Below are positions 42,922-53,836 of a stretch of DNA of 64,000 nt, one piece after another. Position 1 is the first letter of the stretch; each line of letters opens with the position of its first letter. The notes under the pieces are model-generated. The model did no database searches and was not told the origin of the DNA. It saw only the letters and a program-made list of their open reading frames with translations. Location of the stretch: contig CAVQJC010000020.1 of NCBI GenBank assembly GCA_963712745.1, forward strand, positions 596,467 to 660,466. The letters run 5' to 3'. The position numbers and the translations under genes are program-made. The DNA is from an uncultured Chloroflexia bacterium. GTDB taxonomy: Bacteria > Chloroflexota > Limnocylindria > Limnocylindrales > CSP1-4.

Positions 42922-42965
42922 TGATAGGGCACACCGCCAACGGATCGACTCAGAACCGCATCGAC

Positions 42966-43352
42966 CTAGAAGAGGATAAGCACCGTGGCCGAGACGATGG
43001 CGCCGATGAGCCCGAAGGCCATGGGGTAGACGTAGGGACGACGCTCGGGGGCGGCCAGCGCCCAGCCGAGGCTGTTGGCCGAGGTGTACATCAGCGCACC
43101 CATCGCGAGGAGCATGATGGGCTCCGCGAGCGCGGCACCTGCGAGCACGAGGAAGGCGCCGGCCACCAGCAGGAAGGCAGTCCCGAACTCGGCTGCCCAG
43201 TGCCAGATCATGAGGTCGTCCGAGTCGGCCTCGCGGGCCCGCAACAGGCCGTGGGGCGCATCGAAGCCATGGCCGCTCATGATGTCCCGTGCCCAGATGC
43301 CGGCCATGGCCGCGCCGATGACACCGGCAAAGAGCGCGATCAGGATGTCCAT
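42966..43352 (-). CDS. Small 4-TM membrane protein
   Basis: MDILIALFAG ... with four hydrophobic segments, HWAAEF motif, GGAGG RBS. Confidence 0.75.
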   Translation of the reverse strand: MDILIALFAGVIGAAMAGIWARDIMSGHGFDAPHGLLRAREADSDDLMIWHWAAEFGTAFLLVAGAFLVLAGAALAEPIMLLAMGALMYTSANSLGWALAAPERRPYVYPMAFGLIGAIVSATVLILF

Positions 43353-43539
43353 GCTTCTCGCCTCCCTCGTGAGGGCATCGTACGAGGCGCGCGTCCTCCT
43401 GTCATCGCCGCCACTGGCAGGGTTCCCCCCTAGCCGCGTGGTGACGCGGCCAGTTGCCAGCTTGGGGGGATGCCAAGGTCCTCGACTGGATGTACAGCGA
43501 CCGATGCGAAGGCGGGGGCTGGCCCCGCTGAGCAGCGGC

Positions 43540-44988
43540 TCAGGCCCGGGGCAGCTCCGCACCCTCGGACAGGCCCGACTCGATGATGGCCCGAGCTTCG
43601 GCATCGACCGCGGGGTCGGTCTCCGGCGGTTGGTATGACTCGAGCAGGCGCTCCACCCCATCGGTCGCCCGGGCCACGATGTCGAGTTCGCCCTTGGCCG
43701 ACCAGGCGTCGTGTGCATCACGGTCCCATACCGGTCCGGGGAGGTAGAGCGCGCTCGGCCAGTGCTCCATGGTGTGGTCGGCCACCAGCATGTGGCCCTC
43801 GCTCAGCATCTCGTTGATGAGCTCGGTGGTAGGGATGTCCCCGCTGAGCTGGATATCGCCGGCGAAGTGTTTGACCTGGCCCACGATCTCGTCATCGACC
43901 ACGAGCTTGGGCAGGCTGAAGGTCAAGAGGTAGTCGAGCATGCCCGGCCCCGACACCGAGTCGAGCCCGGACTCGACGGCCAGCAGCGCACCCATGGCCG
44001 TCTCCGCCCCGGCCTGCGCATCGAGCACCTTGGACTCGCTGAAGGCCGTGTAGGCCTGCGTCGGCATGCCCAGGTGCTTGCCCATCAGGGAGCTGGCGTT
44101 GGTCAGCCGCAGAGCCTCGATGGCTGTCATGGGCGAGGTCGTGTTCTGCATGTGGAAGGCCGCAGCCGAGCCACCGAAGAGGGTCGGCGCGCCGGGCTTG
44201 ACCAGCTGGGCCATGGTCACGCCCGCCAGCACGTCGGCGGTGTGGAAGGCCAGCGCCCCGAGCAGCGTGACCGGAGCGTTCAGCGCCATCAGCGTGATGG
44301 GCACGATCTCGACGGGGATGCCAGCTTCCACGAAGTCGATGAGGTTCTGGCAGGAGTCCTCGTTGTAGGTGAACTGGCCGGCGGCGGTGACGGTGCAGAT
44401 GGCCATCGGCCGCGCGGCGAGATCGGCCGAGTCCGAGCGGTAGAGCTGCATAAGCTGAGCCAGCCGCGGCACGCCATGCTCACTGAAGGCACCGCTGACG
44501 TAGGCCTTGGTGGTGTGCCTAAGGAGCAGGTACAGGCGCCAGGCGTCCGAGACGAGAGGCTCGACCTCCGCGCTGGAGAAGGCCGTGGCCAGCATGTCCA
44601 CGTGCTTGAGCTGGTGGCCGACCTTGATGTAGTCGATGAAGTCCTGCGTGGTCGCATCGCGATGCGCTCCGCTGCGGTGATCGAGGATGTGCAGACCGCT
44701 CGAGCCCGGTGAGAAGTGGCTCTCGCCGACCCCGAACTCGGCATACGGATCGCCGTTGCGGTCGAAGAGCATGAAGCTCGAGGGGACAGAGGCGATGGCC
44801 TTGCGAACGTTCTCGGCCGGAAAGCAGATACGGCCGCTCGACTCGTCGGCGGTGAAGCCGGCATCGAGGAGGCGTCCACGCAGGGGCTCGCTGGCCACCT
44901 TGACGCCGACCTCGGCCAGGATGCGCAAGGCCTCATCGAGCACGAGGTCAAAGTGGGTCTCTTCGAGGATGCTGACGGCTGGGCGCAT
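43540..44988 (-). CDS. Trimethylamine methyltransferase (MttB) superfamily protein, non-pyrrolysine type
   Basis: ALRILAEVGV, APVTLLGAL, QLVKPGAP, SESKVLDAQAGAE, GPGMLD ... FSLPKLVVDDEI; no in-frame amber codon. Confidence 0.92.
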   Translation of the reverse strand: MRPAVSILEETHFDLVLDEALRILAEVGVKVASEPLRGRLLDAGFTADESSGRICFPAENVRKAIASVPSSFMLFDRNGDPYAEFGVGESHFSPGSSGLHILDHRSGAHRDATTQDFIDYIKVGHQLKHVDMLATAFSSAEVEPLVSDAWRLYLLLRHTTKAYVSGAFSEHGVPRLAQLMQLYRSDSADLAARPMAICTVTAAGQFTYNEDSCQNLIDFVEAGIPVEIVPITLMALNAPVTLLGALAFHTADVLAGVTMAQLVKPGAPTLFGGSAAAFHMQNTTSPMTAIEALRLTNASSLMGKHLGMPTQAYTAFSESKVLDAQAGAETAMGALLAVESGLDSVSGPGMLDYLLTFSLPKLVVDDEIVGQVKHFAGDIQLSGDIPTTELINEMLSEGHMLVADHTMEHWPSALYLPGPVWDRDAHDAWSAKGELDIVARATDGVERLLESYQPPETDPAVDAEARAIIESGLSEGAELPRA

Positions 44989-45047
44989 CGTTGGTCTCCG
45001 GGCGGTCTCGGGCTGGTTCGCCGCCGACAGCATAGGCGGCCCAGGCC

Positions 45048-45115
45048 GTCGGAGGTCGTGAGCATGTCGGAGGTCGCGAGCATGCCGGAGGTCGTGAGCA
45101 TGCCGGAGGTCGTGC
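45048..45115. repeat. 18-bp direct repeats x4 in the divergent mttB/sulfatase intergenic region
   Basis: GGAGGTCG(T/C)GAGCATG(T/C)C at 45051, 45069, 45087 and partial at 45105. Confidence 0.9.
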
Positions 45116-45262
45116 ACGTATCGGTGGTCGGAGGCTCGAATGTTCGCTACGCTGCGCGACGTGAGGTCGTCGCTCATCACCGGACGCGTGGGCGGTGCCG
45201 TGTCTCCGAGCACCGCACCACGCAGGCTCGCACCGGGTGCCACCGCCATCGGCCGGACCGCC

Positions 45263-46768
45263 ATGCGGGCCACGGCCCTGGCCGTGGTCGGTGCCGTCAC
45301 GCTGGCCGGGGTCGCGACCGCCGCGGCTACCTACCCGCAGCCCCCGGGGGACCCCCCGCCCCCGCCCAGCGAGGATCCACGCTCGCCTAGGCCGGATATC
45401 GTGGCCATCGTGCTCGACGACATCCCGCCGCTCGACGGCCGGATGTGGGAGGCGCTGCCCAACATCCGCCGCACCTTCGTTCGCCAGGGCCTCGAGTTCA
45501 CCGACGCGCACTCGGAGACACCCACCTGCACTCCTGGCCGTGCCGGCCTGCTGACCGGCCAGCACACGCACCACCACGGTGCCTACCGCACGGACGGCTC
45601 GGTGTTCGACCCGAGTGCGACGGTGGCCACGGCGCTGCAGGCGGAGGGATACCACACCATCGAAGTGGGCAAATACGTCAACCTCTTCGACCGCGTGTGG
45701 GACAAGCACCCCGACGGCTGGGACGAGTTCCACGGCTACGGAGGCGGCTACTACGACTACAACCTCTATAGCAACGGCGTCCGCCATCACTACGGCCACC
45801 GGCCGCGCGATTACTCCACCGACGTCATCGCCCGGCTCACCCGTCAGGCGCTCGACCGCGCCCCCCGGGACAAGCCACTCTTCGCCTGGATCGCGCCCTA
45901 CTCGGTGCACAAGCCGTGGTCGGTGGCACGTCGCCACCAGGGGTCGCGCAGATGCCGAATGCCAAGGTGGGTGCCGCCCGGCTACATGGAGCGGAAGGTA
46001 GGGGACAAGCCGGCGTACGTCGGCGCCAGGAAGATCAAGTCGCCGCGGGGCTACGATCTGAAGAGGATCTGCCGGGGCATGCTCTCGGTCGACGAGATGG
46101 TGGGGCAGGTGGTGCACAAGCTCAAGAAGCTCGGCCGCCTCGAGAACACGATGCTCATCCTCACCGCGGACAACGGCATGTCGTACGGGTCGCAGCGGTT
46201 CCTGCACGACAAGAAGGCACCGTATGGCACGCACATCCCGCTGTTCGTGCACTGGGAGCGTGTGCTCGGGACCGTTCCAAAGCAGGTCGGTGAGCGTGTC
46301 CAGAACATCGACCTCGCGCCCACGCTGTGCGACATCGCCCGCTGCTCGCTGGGCCGCTACCGGACCGGGCCGCAAAGGCCCGACGGCGTCCCCCTCACCA
46401 AGCTGCTGACCGGCCAGCGTCAGCGACTCGACCGACGGGTCGTCCTCACCAGCTACCAGGACGACGGCCACCGAGTGCCGACCTACTGGAGCGTGACCAC
46501 CACCGGTTCCTCACCGCTGGCAGCCAAGGGCTGCGCCAGAGCCGGCCAGGACGGATGCCGCTGGATGTATACCGAGTACGCCACCGGCGAGGTCGAGCTG
46601 TACGACCTGAGCAACGGGCCCTGCCACTCCTGGAAGCGCTCGCAGAAGGGCGACCCGTGCATGCTCAGGAACAAGGCCGGCAAGAAGCGGTTCGCCTGGC
46701 TCGAGAAGCGACTGGGCCGGGAGCTCGACCGGCTGCGAGGGCCGACCATCGCGCCCTGGCTGCCCTAG
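45263..46768 (+). CDS. Secreted formylglycine-dependent sulfatase (N-acetylglucosamine-6-sulfatase-like)
   Basis: Signal peptide, PDIVAIVLDD, CTPGRAGLLTG (CxPxR), GKY, TADNG, ELYDL; start uncertain (45140-45263). Confidence 0.92.
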   Translation: MRATALAVVGAVTLAGVATAAATYPQPPGDPPPPPSEDPRSPRPDIVAIVLDDIPPLDGRMWEALPNIRRTFVRQGLEFTDAHSETPTCTPGRAGLLTGQHTHHHGAYRTDGSVFDPSATVATALQAEGYHTIEVGKYVNLFDRVWDKHPDGWDEFHGYGGGYYDYNLYSNGVRHHYGHRPRDYSTDVIARLTRQALDRAPRDKPLFAWIAPYSVHKPWSVARRHQGSRRCRMPRWVPPGYMERKVGDKPAYVGARKIKSPRGYDLKRICRGMLSVDEMVGQVVHKLKKLGRLENTMLILTADNGMSYGSQRFLHDKKAPYGTHIPLFVHWERVLGTVPKQVGERVQNIDLAPTLCDIARCSLGRYRTGPQRPDGVPLTKLLTGQRQRLDRRVVLTSYQDDGHRVPTYWSVTTTGSSPLAAKGCARAGQDGCRWMYTEYATGEVELYDLSNGPCHSWKRSQKGDPCMLRNKAGKKRFAWLEKRLGRELDRLRGPTIAPWLP

Positions 46769-47211
46769 ATCGTCGGTGCCCTGCGTCCCTCCCTGCCGGG
46801 CCGGCGGACCCGGCGGCGACCGAGGCGTGCCTGGATCGGCCTTGGCTGAGTCGAGGCGGGCTGGTCGGTCAGAGCCGTCCAGCTGGGCCACGAGAAGTAG
46901 CGCACACGTGAGGCGATCGAGCCGTCGAGCGCCGGACGGGTGCGGCCTTCGAGCGTCGACGCATCGATCATCGGCACGCGCTGGCGGCTGAACGTGATGT
47001 GGGGAGCCAAATCCTTCCCCCAAAGGCAGGCAGGCATCGTCCCGACCTGTCCGAGCACGGCGTACAGGTCGCCCACCGTCTCGCGGCGGACAGGTGGAGT
47101 CTCTCCGGGGGCAACCGTTTGCGGTGGTGCCGGATGGCACCGTTGAGCAGGGGCCAGGGGTCACGACCGGTGCCGGAACGCATCACCTCCCCTGCGGAGT
47201 CCCGGCGTGGC

Positions 47212-47596
47212 TCAGCCGCCGATGGGCCGGCTGCGCTCCTTGCGATAGGCGTCCTTGAGCGCGATGAGGTCGCCCTCGAACACGAAGAGGTCGACACCGC
47301 GGTAGGTCATGGGCTCGCCCTCCGGGGCTGATGCCGTGGAAAGTCCAGCTCGCGAACCCACGCTCCGCGCCCGCCATGACCACGACAAGGTCGGTGTAGT
47401 GGACATCCCCGTAGGTGCCCAGGAACGCAGCCACGCCGCGGCGCAGCTCGTCTGTGCCACGGAAGGCCGTGCCGCTGTCGTCGGGCCCGGTCGAAGCGTA
47501 GTAGGCGCCGCCGGGGGTGAAGAAGCTGACGACGGTCTCGACGTCGTGGGCGTTCCAGGCGTCGAAGAAGGCACGCACGCGGTCGGGGGTCATCAT
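47212..47596 (-). CDS. SnoaL/NTF2-like protein (frameshift near 47325)
   Basis: FFDAWNAHDVE ... WTFHG | YRGVDLFVFEGDLIALKDAYRK. Confidence 0.85.
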
Positions 47597-47667
47597 GGGC
47601 GGGAGTCTAGCGGCCCGGCCGTTGGTCACTCGCCAAGTCCGCGAAGAGCGGGTACCGTGACCGCATC

Positions 47668-48441
47668 ATGAAGACTCGGCTATCGCTCGCACTCGGTCTC
47701 CTCCTCGCCATCAGCCCGGCCTCCGTGGCCGCTCAGGCAGACGCCTCCCCTGTCCCTGGAGCAGCTGACTCGGAGCTGGTCAGTCAGCTCTGCTCGGCCG
47801 CCACGTCGGACCAGGCCAAGCTCGACTCGTGCATCGGCTCGGTCGAGGTTGCCCTGACCCAGATGCTCGAAGGCGTGTCGGAGGAGGACATGGACATCTT
47901 GGCCCGGGCCCAGGCGCTCGTGGATGACACCATCACGGACCTCCGCGACATCGACATCGAGCAGGCGCTCGACGATGCCGTCGCGTCTGCCCAGGCCTTC
48001 GAGCTCGACGTCGACGTGCAGGCAGCCATCGACGATGCCGTGGCCGCGATCGAGGAGTTCGAGGTCGATGTCCAGGCAGCGCTCGACGAGGCTGTCGCCG
48101 AGGCGCTGGCAGCGACCGAGGACTTCGACCTGCAGGCGGCCGTCGACACGGCACTGGCCGAGGCCCAGGCCGCTATCGAGGAGGCCGACGTGCAGGGCAC
48201 GGTCGATGACGCCGTCGCCGCGCTCGAGGAGAGCGTGGCCGAAGCACGAGCCGTGGTGGCCGAGGCCCAGCGCTGGGCCCAGGAGAATTGCGACGCCGTC
48301 TGTCGCGGCGGCTCCATCAGCCTGGGCACCACCGTCGGAGTCGCGGTCTTCGCGCTGACCGGCGTGGAGTGGCTGGGCTTGCAGGCGTTCTGGGCCACCG
48401 AGCGCCTGACCAACGGGATCTGCGGCGACGTCGTCCAGTAG
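47668..48441 (+). CDS. Secreted acidic helical-repeat protein with C-terminal hydrophobic segment
   Basis: Signal peptide; repeated D(I/V/L)(E/Q)xA(L/I/V)DxAxA units; Cys pairs at both ends. Confidence 0.75.
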   Translation: MKTRLSLALGLLLAISPASVAAQADASPVPGAADSELVSQLCSAATSDQAKLDSCIGSVEVALTQMLEGVSEEDMDILARAQALVDDTITDLRDIDIEQALDDAVASAQAFELDVDVQAAIDDAVAAIEEFEVDVQAALDEAVAEALAATEDFDLQAAVDTALAEAQAAIEEADVQGTVDDAVAALEESVAEARAVVAEAQRWAQENCDAVCRGGSISLGTTVGVAVFALTGVEWLGLQAFWATERLTNGICGDVVQ

Positions 48442-48472
48442 CGCTCACCCGGGCGACCGGCGACGGGCGGTC

Positions 48473-48769
48473 CTACCGGCCGGCGCCATCGCTGTCAGGC
48501 CGGACGAACCCGTGCCACGTCCCTGCCATATGCGCGGCCTGCATCTGGCGTTGGAACGAGGCGCGGTGCGTGGAGGGCATCTCCGGGTACAGACGATCGA
48601 GGATGAACATGCCCTCCTCCACCGGCGACATCGGCCCAGCTCTATCGACCTGGTCCCATACAAGAGCAAATCCGCGTTCACGCAGGTTCTGACCGATGCG
48701 GGCACGGTCGTCACGTCCCAGGCCGGCGTGGATGCGCTCGAGGACGTCGCGGCCGGGGTCAGGTTTCAT
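48473..48769 (-). CDS. Small helical protein, putative antitoxin (Rv0078B-like)
   Basis: Overlaps the nucleotidyltransferase stop; pattern 'DRARIGQNLRERG ... ILDRLYPE' resembles Rv0078B-like partners. Confidence 0.55.
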   Translation of the reverse strand: MKPDPGRDVLERIHAGLGRDDRARIGQNLRERGFALVWDQVDRAGPMSPVEEGMFILDRLYPEMPSTHRASFQRQMQAAHMAGTWHGFVRPDSDGAGR

Positions 48770-49295
48770 CGCCGGCGTACTCACTGAGCTCGAGTAGGAG
48801 TCGCTCCACGCCCAGGATGCGCGACCACCTGGCCAGGTAGGCACGATCGACGCTGACGGCGTTCATGCGCAGCAGCGTGCGGCAATCGCGGAGCTGCAAC
48901 TCGGATGAGCCTTCCGACCACTCGAGCTTGGCCAGTACCAGGTCCTCCATGCTCGAGACCCAGACCCGCGCCCATGTCGGGTGGTTCCACTCGCGCCGGC
49001 GCGCGAACGCCTCGTGACCCCAGGCGTCAGCATCGCGGACGATCAGGTCGACCTTACCGCCACCCTCCCGGTCGATGAGCGATGCCAGCCAGCGGTTGCC
49101 CAAGCGGAGTGGCTCGGAGAAGTAGTGGCTCGACTCCAGGGAACGGGCGACGCGGCTGAGGGCATCGGGAGAGCCGTCAACGACCACGTCCACGTCCATG
49201 GTCTGGCGCGGGGTGCCGTAGGCGGCCAGGGCTTCGGACCCGGTGATGAACCAGGCGAGGTCTAGGCGGTCGAGCGTATCGGCGACTCTGCGCAT
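48759..49295 (-). CDS. Nucleotidyltransferase (DUF6036 / Rv0078A-like), putative toxin
   Basis: ITGSEALAAYGTPRQTMDVDVVV (GS ... DxD), KVDL, EDLVLAKLEW, QLRD, YLARW. Confidence 0.8.
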   Translation of the reverse strand: MRRVADTLDRLDLAWFITGSEALAAYGTPRQTMDVDVVVDGSPDALSRVARSLESSHYFSEPLRLGNRWLASLIDREGGGKVDLIVRDADAWGHEAFARRREWNHPTWARVWVSSMEDLVLAKLEWSEGSSELQLRDCRTLLRMNAVSVDRAYLARWSRILGVERLLLELSEYAGDET

Positions 49296-49448
49296 CGACA
49301 GGAGGATATGCCAGCCATCGATGCCGCGATCGGCACCGCCGATTTGGGGGGCGGGGTGACCGCCACCGCTACCGATGCCCCTGCCTTGGGCAGTACCGAC
49401 AGCCAGCTGACGGAGCCGCGACCCTCCCGCTAGGTTCGCGCCGTGACG

Positions 49449-50498
<1,050 letters not shown>

Positions 50499-50756
50499 GC
50501 GAGCGAGCGCAGCTGCGGGCTACTTGCCCGCCGCTCCGACGAGCCAGCGGAACCTCTCTGCCTGGGCCTCCACTGTCAACGGCGAGATGACCAGGGTCAC
50601 CAGGAGCAAGATCGCCTGGGCGATGTCGAGCAGGGTGGATCGACTGCTGGCCCGTCGCTGCGTCCACATGCCGATGCCGCCCCTCAGCTTCCATCAGCAG
50701 ACCTGACCGCTCAGCCGATGGATCGTACGTGAGGTTCGATCGCATCAGCTCCCGCC

Positions 50757-52936
50757 TCAGCGAGGCGGCTCGTTCACCTCGAACCCGACGACAGCGAGTG
50801 CTTCGGCCGCGACGGAGCCTCCCCTGTCGTTGGCGTGCATGCCGTCGTCATCGATCCAGCCGTTCTCCCTCGGATCCTCATCGTGCCGCGGCCGTTGAAG
50901 GCGTCGAAGAACGACACGAAGACCGCCCCGTTGGCCTCGGCTGCCTCCTGGATCAGCTGCATCTCGATCTCCCAGTTGGCCGTGCACTCCGGCTCGATCC
51001 CCAACTCTCTCCAAGGAGCGATGAAGGGGTTGCAGATGTCATGCGCTCGGAGGACCACGGGCCGTCCTTCCCGCAGCTTCCAGATGTCGTCGTAGACCTG
51101 GTCGAGGACGTCCCGATATGGCTGCCAGTCCTCGACCGAGGGAACCACCGGCGGCTCCCATTCCAGCCCGGGGGTCCACCCAGGGCCCGAGTAGTCCGGG
51201 TCTCCTTCGAGCGCGTCGAAGCAGCTCAGGATCTTCGGTTGCGGCAGGTCGTACTCCAAGCATCCGGGGTGCGCGCGTAGCACGATGATCTATGCCTCCG
51301 CCAACACCTTGGCCCAGCTGCCCTGGACCATGTCCCGGATCCGGGTGATGGACGCGCCGCCGAGACGGCGGTCGTGGAGCCGGACCTCGCGGCCCAGCGC
51401 CTCGGCTGCCAAGTCAGCGTACCTCTCGGCCACTTCCGCACCACCCGAATCGGACATGTGCACGAGATCGATCGGCTCACCAGCGGGGAACGGCGCAGCA
51501 TCGGAGCCCGGCTGCACCTCGGCCGCGGTCGTCGGAGCCCGGCTGCACCTCGGCCGCGGTCGTCGGAGCGGGCGCCAGCGTCGGAGAGGGCGCCACCGTC
51601 GGAGCCTTGGGGGTAACGACGTACGTATGGACTTCCCGGCTGTCTGGGTCCTGGGCCACGACCCAGACGCCGCCGTCGGGTGCGAAGTCGAGGTCCGAGA
51701 TGCAACTCCCGGAGAGGAACGGCTGCCATGAGTCGCCGTCGAAGCGCGCCAGGCCATCGCATGCGCGTGTGGCGGCGACGGTGGCATTCACCCAGACGCT
51801 GCCGTCTGGCGCCACCCAGAGCGTGTCCATGGTGGTGCCCCACCATGCCGGCTGGCCGCCCCACGGTTCGACCCCGTCGGCTTCGGTGAAGACGGTCCAG
51901 CCCTCCTCGTCGAGGCGGGCCAGGCTCAGGTGCGGGGCGAGCGAGTCGCCGGCCGTCCACAACACACCACCCGGCGAGACGCCGGCCGAGAAGGAGCCCC
52001 CCACCCCTGTGAAGGCGCCGTCGAAGCCCTCGGGTCCGGGGACGACCCCCCAGTCCGTGCCGTCGAAGCGCAGGAACGAGATGCGCCCGCCCTCGGCTGG
52101 CTCGGTCATGAGCCAGGCCACGCCGTCGTCCGTCACCGAGAGCAACGAGGGCCCATCGTGGACATACACACCTGCCCAGACGTCACCCCAGGAGCTGCTC
52201 CCGGCCGAGGTCTCGCCGACCCAGGAGAGATCATCGTCCAAGAGCCAGACCGTGCCATCGGCCTGCACGTAGAACTGCCCGGTGCTCGGCTCGCCAACGC
52301 GAGGGTCGGGCACCCACGCACCATCGTCGAAGAGCCGCACGTAGGAGGGCGCGTCGGGCGACTGGCTGGCCGCTTCGCGGGCCCAGAGCCGCCCATCGAG
52401 GCTGGCGAAGCTCCCACCCCACCCGAGGTACACGAATTCCTGGTCGTAGTCCCACTCCCCAGCCTGCCCGAGTCGGAAGAGACGCCGCCAGGAGTCGTGG
52501 TACGCCAGACGTGGCCGCTGTCCCCCACGATGACACGCTCGCAGTCCCAGGGATAGCCGTCTGATTGATGCAGCAGGTCCCGGTGTCCGTCCTCGACCAC
52601 CTCCACGACGCCCGGCTGTACCTCCTCGGTGACCAGGGTGGAGAGGAACTCCTCGGTCGTCATCGGTGAGGGTGACGCCGTCACCGCGGCTGGGAGGGCC
52701 TCGTCGTCATGCGGCGTGGTGAGGATGCCGGCGAGCAGGAAGCCGCCGAACAGCGCCACGATGACGGCTGCGGGGATGAACCTGACTGCGGAGGACATCG
52801 TGAACCCCCATCTCTGCGATCGGCTCGCGGTGATGACGGCGTCGAAGATGGCGAGATCATCGACCGGGCGCACGTGACCCATCAGGTCTTCGAACTCGCC
52901 CGACAGTTGGCGCTCGAAGGCGGTCATCTCATCCAT
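50757..52936 (-). CDS. Large membrane-anchored anti-sigma-like protein with beta-propeller and SGNH-like domains (multiple frameshifts)
   Basis: Starts overlapping the ECF stop; short cytoplasmic N-terminus, TM (AAVIVALFGGFLLAGIL), repeated 'APDGSVWV / RFDG..W' propeller units, then SDS ... DDGMHAN. Confidence 0.6.
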
Positions 52937-53477
52937 CGCTGAGGTCCTCACGGAGTCGGTCGACCAGGCGCTTGAGGCGCTGGCGGATGGCCGCCGGACT
53001 CCTGCCGGTGGCGGTCGCGAGTTCGTTGGAGTTGAAGCCTGCGCCGTAGCGCATCGTGAGCAACGCTCGGTCATCCGGGTCCAGACGCCGTAAGGCAGCC
53101 CTGAGATCGACGGAGCCGATGCCTGTCGCGGGGTCGATGCCACCCGCGTTGCCCGAGGCATCGGTCGGCAGCTCGAACTCCGATCGTCGCCGCCGTTTGC
53201 GGAGAAGATGCTTGGCCTCGTTGACCGCGACGGACACGAGCCAGGGGCGGAGGTGGTCAGGGCTATCGACCCGGTCGAGCTTCTTCCAGGCGACGAGCCA
53301 GGCTGCCTGGACGGCTTCGTCTGCGATCGAGTGATCGCCGCTGAAGGCGAGGCAGGCCCGTCGCATGTCCTCGTGATGGGCGGCGATGATGCGGCGGAAG
53401 GCGACCTCGTCGCCGACAGCCGCTGACGCGATCACGTCGAACTGCTGCCGGTCTGCCAGCCTTGACACCGCCCCCAT
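52929..53477 (-). CDS. ECF RNA polymerase sigma factor
   Basis: GDEVAF, ADEAVQAAW, LRPWLVSVAVNEA region 2; region 4 HTH. Confidence 0.92.
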   Translation of the reverse strand: MGAVSRLADRQQFDVIASAAVGDEVAFRRIIAAHHEDMRRACLAFSGDHSIADEAVQAAWLVAWKKLDRVDSPDHLRPWLVSVAVNEAKHLLRKRRRRSEFELPTDASGNAGGIDPATGIGSVDLRAALRRLDPDDRALLTMRYGAGFNSNELATATGRSPAAIRQRLKRLVDRLREDLSDG

Positions 53478-53780
53478 ACCTCATAACTCCACGGTGTACG
53501 CCTACTGTGACAAGGTGGGGCAACTTCGATGAGTTGTCGGGCGTGAGGGCCGGCGGGTCCTGGCCCACGCAGTCAGGGTGTCGTGACCAGGGCTGGCCGG
53601 TACGGTGCAGATAGGGTGGCGGGCAGCGTAGGGACTGAGCAGGATGCGGATAGGTGCCGGACTGATCGGCCGGCGCAGCAACTCATGGACGCGGCGCGGC
53701 GCGGAGTCAGCCGACCGCGCTGATCTCTCCATTCAGGTCGCCGTGAACCGTGCCGCGACTCGTCTTCGACGCGAGCAGTG

Positions 53781-53815
53781 AGAAGGGGCCCGCCCCGGCG
53801 TGGGACGGGCCTTCT
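53781..53815 (-). terminator. Conserved GC-rich hairpin after secreted-domain gene
   Basis: Minus strand AGAAGGCCCGTCCC-acgcc-GGGGCGGGCCCCTTCT; same family as the hairpins at 54393 and 62373. Confidence 0.6.
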
Positions 53816-53836
53816 GACGATGGTGCAGCGAGGACG

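Noticed and set aside
43540-44988. Pyrrolysine-containing MttB
   Set aside because: The ORF is continuous with no in-frame TAG, and no pyl genes are present.
47060-47160. Glycine riboswitch-like GGAGAGAC motif on the minus strand
   Set aside because: The downstream CCGAAG and CTCTCAGG elements are missing and no suitable downstream gene is evident.
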